A stretch of DNA of 64,000 nucleotides from Psammoneis japonica (Eukaryota). The notes below the pieces were generated by a model, which saw only the letters and a list, made by a program, of their open reading frames with translations, searched no databases and was not told where the DNA came from. Positions within the stretch are counted from its first letter, which is position 1. Each line of letters begins with the position of its first letter. Where the stretch lies: the NCBI GenBank assembly GCA_008632985.1, contig QPGO01000147.1, forward strand, positions 62,001 through 126,000. Direction: 5' to 3'. Below are positions 45,798 to 57,963 of the stretch, in pieces. The position numbers were made by a program, and so were the translations under genes.

Positions 45798-48700
45798 GGA
45801 CGATTGGGACGCGGGCAAGCACAAAATGCTGGTCCAATCAACGGAGCGGCTACTTGAAGCGAACCTAAAGACCATTCAAAGGGAGGAAATGCCTGAGCAG
45901 TGCACCAAGACATTCAACAGAATGGTGCTCCGAGGGAACCTACGAGGAGTGGTTGGGTGCATCTCTGAACGTGAAAAAGGTGGGATTCTCTTGCCGGATG
46001 ACATCGACGAAAAGACCAACAACACAGTGTTTGAAGTCCTTCAGAAGAAGCATCCAAACCAGAGGATCCTGGACAAAGACCACTTTCACAAATTCAGCGA
46101 ACTGCCTGAACTCCAGGACATGCTCATCACCGATGGCACCATCGAAACCGTCGCACGGAGACTGTCCGGAGGCGCAGGACTTGGTGGGTCTGATGCCAAC
46201 GCAGTGTCAGAGTGGCTTCTCCATCACGGAAAAGCCAGCGGATTGCTTGGAGAAGTGTTGTGCATGTTCGCGAACTGGCCAGCAAACGAGTCCCCCCGTG
46301 GGCCGCATGCCGTGCAATCATGGCGAAGAGACTCGTCGCGCCAGACAAAAATCCAGGCGCACGCCCAGTCGGTGTGGGGGAGGTGTGGCAATGAGCCACG
46401 CCAAAGCCGTTCTCCTGGTTGCTGGAGCAGAAGCCAAGGAAGCTTGTGGCACAGATCAGCTTTGCGCTGGACTGGAAGCAGGCATCGAAGGTGCCGTTCA
46501 CACTGTGAACCTGCTCTGGGAGCAACACAAATTCGAAGACGACTGCGGTTTCCTCTTTGTCGACGCCTCCAACGGATTCAACGAAGAGAATCGGATCCCA
46601 ACGCCACACAACGTAAGGCACCTGTGGCCATCGGGTGCAAGGTTCACCTTCAACAGTCACAAGCATTGGAGCATCCTGATCATCCGTGGAAACTTCGGAA
46701 CCGCCTTCATCTTGTTCAGCAAGGAAGGCGTCACGCAGGGCGATCCACTTGGCATGGCAGCATGCGGACCAGGCCTTCTTCCACCAGTCCGCGAGATGAA
46801 TGAACATTTCAAAGATGCACTCACACCATGGTACGCCGACGACTCCGCAGCAGCAGGAAATTTCGAGACACTGCGAGAATTCTTCCTCAGTCTCCGAGCC
46901 GAAGGCCCCAAACATGGCTGCTGCCCCACCGACAACTCCAAGAACATCCTGGCAGTCCCAGAACGCAACCTGGAAAACGCTGGAACATGCTTTGGAGATC
47001 CAGGCTTTACCATCAAGTCTGGCAGCCGTCACCTCGGAGGCTTCATTGGAGAGTCCGACGCGCGCGACCAATGGCTGGCGGAAAAGCCGAGTCATGGACC
47101 TCGGTCGTCCAGGGACTCGCCAAAATCGCAATTCATCACCCTCAGACCGCCCATGCCGGTCTGCAGAAGTCCCCACAACACCAGTGGCAATGCGTCCAAC
47201 GTGCAGTTAAGGACTGCGGCGAATCGTTTGCCGACGTAGAACGCGCAATGCAGCGCAATTTCCTGCCGGCTTTGACAGGTGAGACCCTGGCAGACGACGA
47301 CCCGAGACTAGCCCCATCCGCCCTCCCAATCAAATTTTCGGGACTGTCCATCCCTCGTCCAACTGAGTCCGCAGCTCACAACTACAAAGCAAGTGCTCTC
47401 ACGTGTTCCCACATGATTGACTCACTCCGCGGCCACTCCCAGTTCTCATCCGCAGTCCACAAGGACACCACATGCGAAGTGAAACAAGAAGTGGCCGATC
47501 GAAAGGTTGTGGCGCACAAGGAGACCCTCAAAACGATCCTCAGGACCTCACCCGACCTCCAGGCCAGAGCTGTCAAGCGCAGCACCAAGACAGGCGCGTG
47601 GCTCTCAGCGCCCTTTGACACTGAATGGCACGGAACTCTCATGCCAAGAGTTCCGCGACGCGCTCTTCCTGCGGCATGGCAGCACTCCACCGGACCTCCC
47701 AGAGCACTGCGATGGATGTGGATGCAAATTCACAATGAACCACGCCCTTCAGTGCAAGAAGGGCGGCCTGGTCATCTCACGACACGATGAAGTCCGTGAC
47801 AACCCAGGCAACCCAATGGGCAAGGCTTGCAAACCTTCCTGCGCACGTGACGAACCTCCAGTCAACCCCACTGGTCGCAGCGCAGGAAGCTCAAGCACCC
47901 CCACCAGCTCCCCAGGAAACACCAACTCCAACAAGTCCAAGGATGGCGATCGCGGTGACCTTCTCGGCATGCAATTCTGGGATGGAAGGACAGACATGGT
48001 GACGGATGTTCGCATTCCGACACGGATGCGAAGTCACACCCATCCAAAACACCAGAGGATGTCCTGGCAATGCACGAACGGGAGAAAAAGCGCAAGCACC
48101 TCAAGCCCTGTCTTGAGCAACGCCGTCATTTCACGCCCTTCGTAGTGTCATGCGACGGACTCTTTGGCAAAGAAGCCAAAGCAATGCTGCGCAAGACAGC
48201 CTTGAGACTGTCAGACAAATGGCAAAAGCCATGCTCTGAAGCACGCGGCTGCGTCAATGCGAGAATGAGCATCACCACAGTCCGGGCGACTCACCGTTGC
48301 CTCCGGGGATCCTGCATTCCCGCCTCTCACATCAGCTCCAGACGACCCCAGTGAGAAGACGGCGCTGGTCTGTCCCCGCACAGACACCAAATGACCCCGC
48401 CCAACTGACTGCACCCTTCCAGACAACATGCCAACTGACTGTCCACCCACAACATCGACATCGTGCCTGGAAGTTGACAAAAGCCCACCATCACCCCGAA
48501 AACGGTGCCACAACTATTTCAAATTTCGCGCGCACAGCCTGCAATCTTGCGCGTGACAACTGCCCCTCATTTGCACGACTGCGTTGGCTGTGCAACACCC
48601 ACTTGTCCATTTTTCTTTAAAGCTCAGACGTCACAGTTAGCTTCAAACTGTCATGTGTGGCAATTGTTTCAAAAATGAAACACATTCGTTTGGTCTTAGC

Positions 48701-51700
48701 GCCAGCAAAAACCGGGGCGTGGCACCCGGGTTTTCACATTGGCGACAGCCGTTAGACCAAAAAACAAATGTATGTTGACAATGGACTAAATCCCTTTTAG
48801 CCCTCTCTTCATCACTGTTGATCCATGCACATGCAGCAGCAACTGCCACAAACCAATTGCCGACTGCTGTGCTAAAGAAATGAGCGGCAGTGCAACGTCA
48901 AACAAGCAAGGACACTGGTGCACACAAATGACGGGCCGGCTTGTCACACTTTTGATTGGGCAAACACAAAAAAAACTCATCACCCATGACGAGTGCCGCC
49001 GCCGCCGCGTCGCCTTGCAGCTCCACTAAAATGACACTGACGGCTCTCTCACACAACACACACAATCCAAGAGTGTTCAAGTGGCTGTTGAGCTCTCAAG
49101 ATTGTTGAGAGATGGTTGAATGGGGTCACCCGATGCCATGCACTGAGTGCTGCTGCTGCTGCATTGTGCTGCAGCTGGACCGAGGAGAGGCAAAGAATGC
49201 TGATTGATGCCACAGACAGCTTGTCAATCATTGCAGTGCTAAAGTTGGAGTTGGAATGTGATGGAGGCACAATGCCATGCAACACAGCTGGTCATGACAC
49301 GAGCTGGTGCACCACCATTTTCAAGAAGGATGTGGGTGCCGGATGCTGCCGAGCAGAAGTTGGAGAAAAAATGCTGGAGTGAGACAGGAGAAAACCATGT
49401 GTGAGCAACAAGTTTGTGTTTTGATGGATCAAATGGCTGAAATTGAAATCAAGCATGCTCCAGTTGTCAACAGAGCTGCAGCGTTGCCATGGGCAGTTTT
49501 GCCTCCCACATGCTGGACACTGCTGCAGAACAAACCACAAGTCTTGGATGAAGTCAATTGGCTGGAGAGTTGCCACAGGAACCTTCTGTGAATGACACTC
49601 CACCCAATGAAAGGCTCATGTCACCCACTTTGTTGGAGTCATTGAGAATTTTTTCAGAGGCACTGCGCACAAGAAGCGTCGCATCGCACCCCCCCAGTGC
49701 CAGATTCCAAAGAACAGGGAAGTGCAGACAATGACAATGGTGGTGTGCAAGTTTCAATCTGAAGGTCACATCACTTCTTTCTCCAGATGAGGAGTGCACA
49801 GCACTGGCAAACAAGGCTGAGAACATGAAAAAATCAACCGTCAAACCACAGCAGACAGACACATCATTGAGTTGATCCACAGATTGTTGAGGAAAGTGGG
49901 GGCTGCTGTTGACACTTTGCATTGTCTGGACTGGCTTGATGATGAGCCATGTGTGTGCATGTTGCATGCTTGGCATTGAGTGAAATTGACCCAACTGACA
50001 TTGATGGTGGATGATGCAATCTCATTGACCCCCAAGTGAAGAAACCTGAGTTGTTGGTGTGCTCACTCATTCAAAGCATGACACAAAGCCAGTCATGACA
50101 GCATTCAAGACTGTCGCTGGGAGTGAAAGCCGGTGCAATGACTCTTTTCATTTCCATCCACTGGCAGTGGGTGTTGTTGATCTTGCCTCTCCTCAACAAG
50201 CAATTGAGAATGTGCTTGAGCAAGTCAGGGGCGGACACCATGTCAATGAGAAATGACTGTTTCATTCCCATTGATCTTTTCCAATGATGCCCCCAGAAGT
50301 CATGACATTTCAATCAGTGGAGCCAATGCGAGCATCAAGCGGTGTGTTTCAAAGTTTGCTCCTCTGAAACAATTTCAGAAGTCAGAAATGATGTGAGTGC
50401 GAGTGTGGTGTTGCTCAGTCACTCAGTTGACTGGGCTGTGGTGGCAGTTGGTGACTTTTCAACCCTGCAATCACCATGTTTGCAGACTCCTGTTCTGGCA
50501 TTGTGCATTTTGGTGGTGCACATTGGCCCGTTTGGGTTCTTCATGTTGTTCATGGGGGCAATGCCTTGCAGTGGACTTCTGTGCACTTTGCCATGCCAGC
50601 TGCTCTCCATGCTTGCGCACACATGTCTGAGGGAAGTTTTGAGAAATCAATCTCTGTGCGGTGCAGTGGTGGAATGCTGTGGCTGCTTTGCCTTGTTTAA
50701 GTTGCATGGATCTTCTGCCAAAAATGTTGAAATTTGCAATTTCCAACTTTGCATGCAAAACACCATGAGCAAGATCTGTCATTTGCAGCTGCCAGCAGTT
50801 TGTTTGAAGAAGTGATTCACCAAAAATGGAGCTGCAGTCCATCATTGTGCAGTGTCAGACACAATGACAATGACTGACATTTTGGATGCCCTTGTGCAGA
50901 GATCATCTTGACGGACATCTCCCATCATGCTTCTGGTGGCCGACTTGGGCTGTGACTGTGACGGGAGCCATGTTTGCTGTCTTTTTTCTGTTCCATTCCA
51001 AAACAAAAAAGGGTGCATCAATTCATGTTCCTGTCAATTCAATCTCACCATTTACAAGCAAGAATGAAATTGTGATTTTTGTGCCCACCCTCTGCCCCTG
51101 CAAACCTGCAAATTAAAATCATTTGCGTTGTGCCACAAACATTCCATTTTGTTGTTTGCATTTAACCCAAACAATGCTGAAGGAGACAACACCTCACAAG
51201 TTTGCAGCAGCAGTTGCAGCTCTCTTTCTTGAAGTGCCGTTGCCAGCAGCCACCTTGTTCATTGCCAAAAAGTGTGCCAGAGTGCATTGTGAGAGCACAG
51301 TGCAATGTGGCAATGACCGAATCAACATGGTCATGACAGACCAAAAGACATGGGTGCAGAAAAACCACAACATTTTAGCAGGAATGCAGGACCAACACCC
51401 TCACAAAGGCCGGCAGGCAGCAGAAATTGCTTGCATCACTGACTGACATCACAGATCAGGAACTTTTGCTTTGTTGCACTTTTCAAGTCTGAGACCTGAA
51501 CAATTCATCGCGAACATCGATTTTGCATCAAGAGAATTCAAGAGGGATTTTGGATTCAGCAATGGTGTGGCAGTTCTCAAGTCTTGAGCAGCAAGCCATC
51601 ACACTTCTTCTTCTTCCATCCAACTTGCTGTGTCCAACAGCCCCAATCATGACGGGTGAGCAGAGCAAGATTTGTGAGGCAGTGGACGACTTGCAAGCAC

Positions 51701-53639
51701 AACTTCCAAATGGCAATGGACTGAGCAATTTCATGCAACAGCTGTGGTTGAAGTTTTGCAGACAAAAAGTTGTCCAGGAGCTTTCCAGCTCAGATGACAT
51801 GGGTGCCATTCCACTGGATCTCCTTGATTGTGGTGCGTCAATCCTTCACCCACAAGTTGCAGGCTTTGGCACTGTGTGGGAGCATCCAGAAAAGGCCTCA
51901 ACATTTCTCATGTCACCAGAGGACATTCTCTGGGCTTGTGACACTCTTGGAGAAGACAGCCCCACTGTCAAGATCATGAATGGCATGCCACAACTGGACT
52001 TGATTGCAGGGCACATGCTGCTGCATTTTCCAATCAAAGAGCAGAGCTGCCACTCAGTTTGATGGTTTGTTGCTTGTGGGCAGCTGAATTTGTGTTTCAT
52101 TGCCCACCAAGGAATGCCATTGTCTGGCCAGGGCCACACAGCTGCAAGCCAGCATGCAAACCAGAACACTTGCCATCAAACAATTGAAAGTGGGTGGTGA
52201 CTCAGAGGGTCAAGCAAGCCAGTCATCTGCTGCAAATGGCCATGCAGCCAAGTGAGCTGCCATCAGTGCAAAACCCACAGTCAGACCAGTGCCCTCCTTG
52301 AGACAACATCCATGGGAGCATGGCTCTTCACACTGGATGGTGCCATCCATGTGTGGCAGCAGCATGCATGGCATGGGACAGGAAGGCAGTGCAGAGTGAG
52401 CTGCACATGGATGCAGCACTCACATCAGTGGTGTGCACAGACCATGAAAGGAGGAAGTGCTGCATGAAGACATGCCAGCCAGATCAATTGATTGGCTGCT
52501 CATTTGCTGCTCCTCATTTGTTGGAATCCATTGTCAGGGATTGACAAAAGGGCTGCCATGGCATTGCCAGAAGGATGAGCCACAGCAGTGGATTGATGGG
52601 CACTGGCACACAAAAGAGGTTGGCACACCAACCACTCCAACATTGGCCATGGACATTCTCAAATGTTGGCACATTTTCTGTAGTCTCTGCGTGTGCGAAG
52701 CTCGAATTTCGTGCCGAAGCAACAACCACCCTTCGGAATTGTGGAATCAATGTCCCGGGTGACAAACTCTGTCTGTTTGCCACCTGTTTGTTGTTCCGGA
52801 GCAACAGAACTTGACTGTGTGGGGACAACACTGAATTCAGCGTGAACGATCTTTCTGTTCTCAGACTCAAAAGATTGCCAAAACTCCATCCAACAACACA
52901 CATCGATGAAGTCTGTTGAGATGCATTTCTTTGCTCTTGTCAATGGAGAACGTCATTTGCAAGCTCTGGTTTTTTTCTCCAAGTGGTCATGCACCAAGCC
53001 AATTCAAAATGCATGGATGTTCATGTTTGACAGTTCAAGAGTTGTGAAATTTTGGAGTTTCCATCCACAAAATTCATTGCAAATTTGATCGTTTCAAAAC
53101 TAGAAACCAAAACTCTCACCCGCATTCTGACAATTGAACTGTGGATTTGGCTTCCACTGGCTCTTGTTCCCAGCACACTTGTTTTCTCTTTGTGACACAA
53201 GAGATGCGGTGTTGATTCCATCATGAGCGTGAGACATGCAAAAGAAAGAAATTTTGGCAAATTCGCAAGAAGTTTGTTTTCACTGCTTTTTCTTGTTGCA
53301 TTTTCTTGAACTCATTTGCATCAAAATTGCTTTGCTTCTGCCAGCAATTGAAACTGGCAAGAACGCTCTCTGTCAATCAATGATGAGTGAGGCTCATCAT
53401 CACTCGCTTGACTTTCACCCTGTGTTCGAGTCAGATTGGGATCTTTTCTGTGAGCCGACAGAGGACTTGATGTTCTCTGAAGAAGACACTCAGATGCTTG
53501 AAGACTGTGTGGCTGAAAAGCATTCCTTGGAGCTCTCTCAGGATCAACCAAGGTGGCATCTTGAAAAAGACTGTGGAAAAAATGTTGTCATTGCATTTGA
53601 CAAAAAGCAAGTGCAAAGTGTGAGAAGTTGCAAAGGGGG

Positions 53640-54520
53640 AGATGGGAGAATGCTGCAAACAAGTCACAAGGAGGACTGGCAAATCTTTTGAGGACATTGA
53701 TCCTTTAGAAGACATTTTGCTGTTGCACAACATGGGAAAGCACAGTCCTGTGACACAGTTGATGCAGTTGAAACTTGGTCTGGGGTTTGAGGAAGTTGCC
53801 ATTTTTCTCTTGATGCACTGTGTGCAAAAAGTGTGCCTCCTCTCTGTGGATCAGCTCTGCAGGGATGATGACAAGAGGCTGCACAAGTCAGGACTTGTGG
53901 AGAAATCAAAGCACAAAGCCATGTGGAAAATTGTTGGCAAGTCCCCTTCTCTTGCAGGTGAAGAATGTTGGAAGCTTCAATGAGTTGTGTCATGACCTCA
54001 ACGTGAGTTGGAGGGCATCTCTTGTGTTGTCTCATTGGATGATGACAAGAAGAAAGCCACAGTCAACAATGGTGATGGCATGCAGGTTTAAAGCAAGTGG
54101 TCCATGCTGACAAAAGAAAAGGCATTGTTGGTCATGCTGCAGTTTCTCCAGCAACACTCTTGACACATGGAGCATGCTGAGAGCAATGTGGCAAGTTGGC
54201 CTGCGAGTGCTGCATTGATCTGGTCAAGACAGTGTTTGGGAAAAAGCCCAATCTTGATGGAGCAACATTCTGCTCTAACCGCAGGTGCTGGACATTGAAG
54301 CCAGTGCAATGCATGTTAGAGAGTGGAGCCAAAGTCCATGGTGCGGTTCAAAGACAACATTGGCATCAGTTTGCCTGTTGTCAAGATCTTAAGATTGGTG
54401 ATCTGAGGACCTTAATTGACAAGGTTGGCCTGCCAGCCCTCTGCACAAGATCAGGAAAGATTGCCAATGGAGATGTTGAGACACAAATGCATTCCGCAAT
54501 GGGACAAATGGGGTTGCATT
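53640..54520 (+). pseudogene. Decayed piggyBac-like DDD transposase
   Basis: LDDDK at about 54035 and FCSNRRCWTLKPVQCMLESGAKVHGAVQR, which resemble the piggyBac D-motif and D..Y...L...L...G....GT.R motif once TA changes are reverted. Frameshifted. Confidence 0.45.
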
Positions 54521-55116
54521 GACCACATCATCAGTCCATTGCGGTGCACATTGAGATTGTGTCACATGCAACAAGAAGACGATGTCGAACAAAATCCCAC
54601 CCGGCACAAGCCCTGAGCTGCATTGCGTGGAATTGGGTCAGTTGGAAATTGAGCATGTTGCTGAGTGCCAGTCAAATGCTGGGTGGTTCAAGGCACATCA
54701 GAACTCATTGACATCATCCAGGGTGGACATGCAGGTCAGCATTCAGCTCAGGCTGCTGGACAAAGAATGAAATGAGCATCATCATCATTGGGTCAAGTTT
54801 GAAAAGCACCTTGACATGAACTTGGGTTTGACCAATGAAGAGGATGCTGGAGCGAGTGCCCAAGAGACCAACGCAGCAGCCGATGTGGAACCTGTGGGAG
54901 ACAGTGCCTCTGGCCCAAGCGCAGATGGCAAAACCACACCAAAGTCAATCAAGTGGAGGAACACTTCAATCTTGATGATCCATGGTTTGACCCAGACATG
55001 GATGCAGATGCCCGACTTTCACAAGTTGACAGGGAGCATGATGAGGCAGAAGAAGTGGAGGCAAAGGTCAAGGAGATTCTTGCTGATGTGACGGACATGG
55101 CGGAATGAAACAATGA

Positions 55117-55833
55117 ATGCTGGGACAAACTCACATCAGAATTGAAAGCTCAGTCTCACAAACAGCCACTGAAAGAGTTTGTCAAACAAATGGGTTGGAA
55201 GCCATTGGTTTCCTTGGCATCCAGCCTAAAGAATGCCACAACTTGGCTGGAGGTGACACCTGCAGTGTGTCCCCACATTGTTCTGAACAAAACGCAGCTC
55301 AAGGTCAGTTGATCAAAGCACGTTGGCAGCTTGCAACTTCCTTTGATGCTCACATGGTGACTTGTTCTTGTTCACAGCTGGAGCACAGATCAAAAATCAG
55401 CAGCACGATCCCATCCAGTGTCTCAAAGAACAGTGACTTTGTTGCTGTTCTGAGTGGCAACGCAAATCCACCAGTCTCGCGAGACAACAATGCTGGGCTG
55501 GCAACGCCTCTGGAAGCCACTGCAAAGACAAACTTCCTTCCTCCACTCAAAGGGGAGGCAAAAAATCTTTGCAGGTTGGTGCACAAGATGGAGAAAAAGC
55601 ATGGTGAAGATCTTCTTTCCATTGCCAAGGATGCAGTGTCTTTGGAGAATGGCTCAGCATTGGAAATTGATCACCTGTTTGGAGCTGGCTTGCTGCAAAA
55701 GTGCAAAAAACCACACCAAAAGAACTCACCTGACTTTGTTGCTGCAGGCAGAATTGACGGTGAGCTCATTGTTGCCGTCATTGAAATGAAGGCCCAGTGC
55801 AAATCCTTGACTGCAGCAAAGGAACACAGTTGA
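55117..55833 (+). pseudogene. Decayed YqaJ/lambda-exonuclease-like PD-(D/E)xK domain
   Basis: GAGLL......H...SPDFV...........VIEMKA matches the YqaJ GL...Y...SPDG...IEIK pattern. Confidence 0.55.
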
Positions 55834-56954
55834 ATTGCCAAGGTTGGCCAGCTCTCTTTCATTTCTTGCAATTCTCCAGATTTGCGCAAGCATGCACCCA
55901 AGCGGTCAGAAGCAGTGCAGGTGAGACTGTGCTTGTTTTGTCATCACACCGGTGTAATTCATCTGCACTCACCATGTTGTCTGTCATGCATTTTCCAGTG
56001 CACTCATCATGTGAGTGCTCTTGGAGCAAACCACATGATGCTTGCTGCAGGTGACCAACTCGGTTTAACTGGGGCAGATGTCATTCACTGCAATGAAGAG
56101 TTTCTCAAGCATTGTGAGAAGTGCTTCAATGACATGTGCATGAGTCCTCCTTAAAATGGGTGTGTGAGGGTTGTGATGAAGATCAATTGGAGGAGTGGAG
56201 CCATGACAAGGCAGAGACACCTGCAGAAGAGACAAAAAGGCAGCTGTGTCAAAGGCAAGGGTGAAGATCAGCTGTGAAACATTCATGAAGTCCTTTTGCT
56301 TCTGGAAAGAACTTGCCAAACTGGAGCGCTTGCCTCTGCCACCTTGTGAATGAATCATGCCAATGCAGCATGCATGCTGGAACAAGATGAAACACAGATC
56401 CGATGTGAAAACACAGCATTGCCAGAGACAATCCTCTGTCATTCCTGAAAATTCCCCTGGGGCAAAGGCGTGCAACCAAATGCAAATGACGCTGCTTTCT
56501 GATGTTCACAAGGGAGATCAGAACTTCTACACCAAGGAAGATCTGAGCAAGTGCAAGTCCATCCACAACTGTTGTGACAGCGTGAAACACTCATTGGGCT
56601 TTTGCAAGGCATTGCTCATGTCATCAAGGATTTTTCAAAGGCTCTCCAAGGAAGAGTTGTGCAGCAGTGCAGAACCAAGTGCATCTCAATGAGCATTGGT
56701 GTCACCTGGTGCGTGGTCCCTCTGCAATGTCTTGTCACTCAACAGTCAAAAATTCTCTTCTCCTCCAATCCAGCCCAGCAATTGTTTGCACCATCTCCTG
56801 TGCCCATCTTTGTGCAAGCTGCAAGGCCTGCCTTGTGATGATTTCTGGGCCAAACAAGTTTCTTCAATGTGGGATTGAGACAACAATGCCAAGCACTGGC
56901 TCTTTCACAGGGATGGAGGCAACAACAAGTGTGCAGAAATCCTTGTCCATGGGC

Positions 56955-57445
56955 TGTCATTTGCGCATGCACTGCATGTTTAAGAAGAAAGCTTCAGCAA
57001 AAGGTCAAATTGCTCCAGCTCTTCCCCTTGACTGCTGCGCGTGCAGAGAGGCTCCAGTGTGCCAACCCATGACTCCAGGAGTGGACCCAACAAAGAAAGT
57101 TGAGAGTGCCCAGTTTGCATTTGATGACACCTTTGACCAAAACACCAGACTTGTGGACAAGCAACTTGCCACATGATTCTAGGTGTCTTCTTTGAAGGAC
57201 AGTGGAAAAGTTTGTTTGCATGGGAAGACCAGAAGTGGCAAGACATTCACAGCAATCGGGTGCAACTTGACCAGGAGCAATGCCAATGGAAACCAACATG
57301 ATGAATCCAACCTGGGGCTGTGCCACATCCTGGCAGTGCTTGACATTTTCAAACTGGCAGATGTGCCAGAGAATGGACAGAAGTTGTCAGCAGGCTTTTC
57401 TCTGTTTTGAGATCTGCACCCAGTGGAAAGCTGTTTGATTTGTGT
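56955..57445 (+). pseudogene. Kinesin-13-like motor-domain fragment
   Basis: GVDPTKKVESAQFAFDDTFD (cf. KVDLTK..E...F.FD..FD), HGKTRSGKTFT (P-loop YGQTGSGKT) and CFEIC..GKLFDL (FFEIYGGKLFDL), with stops and frameshifts. Confidence 0.7.
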
Positions 57446-57920
57446 GCCCAATTGGCCATCAAGTGTTTGCAACTGTGTGGCACAGAGCATGAAAAGATTG
57501 CTGCAATTGGCAAAAAGCACACAGTTTGGAAACAAACAAGAGCTGCTGTGGCAATGAATGAATGATGAGAGTTGATCATCCAGCCCTTCCTTTCTTCTTT
57601 GTGTGAGCATTGCATTGACATTCAAAATGAATGATGTGCACTTGTCACCTTGCATTTTGCAATGTGAGCATCATGTCACTGCGCCAAATGCGTGCACACA
57701 TTTGCCTGACATTTTGCAGTGCAAGCACATCCTCATTTGCCTGATTTTTCATGATGCACAAATTTGTTGCGACTCTTCTTGTGCTGACATTGCCCTTCTC
57801 AAATGGCATCTTTTTGGCTCCAGCATGCCCTTTTTGTCCTCATTGGTCAGTTGTGCAACCTCACTGCAGCATGACAAGAAATGTTCTTCAACTGAAAACA
57901 ATGGGAGTCAAACCCTTGTG

Positions 57921-57963
57921 GCTGGCTTGCATGCTGGCTTGCATGCTGGCTTGCATGCTGGCT
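57921..57963. repeat. 12-bp tandem repeat (gctggcttgcat) x3.5
   Basis: Read directly from the sequence. Confidence 0.85.

Larger units (their letters stand above)
36490..48620 (+). mobile_element. CRE-clade non-LTR retrotransposon (RT + restriction-like endonuclease), inactivated and interrupted by two nested insertions
   Basis: Cys-rich N terminus (36501). ELDGG.LDDKTW...GKRF...WNSERF, resuming at 45807. RT motifs VDASNGFNE, EGVTQGDPL, WYADD. CxxC..H..C zinc knuckle, RHDEVRD, RGDL...DVRI, EREKKRK and FTPFVVSCDG (RLE). Multiple frameshifts; ends approximate. Confidence 0.88.

Noticed and set aside
36490..48620. Alternative genetic code or ADAR-type RNA editing as the cause of Tyr->Cys/His
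   Set aside because: Neighbouring genes use Tyr normally. Both TA->TG and TA->CA occur in the same ORFs, and non-retro sequences are affected too.
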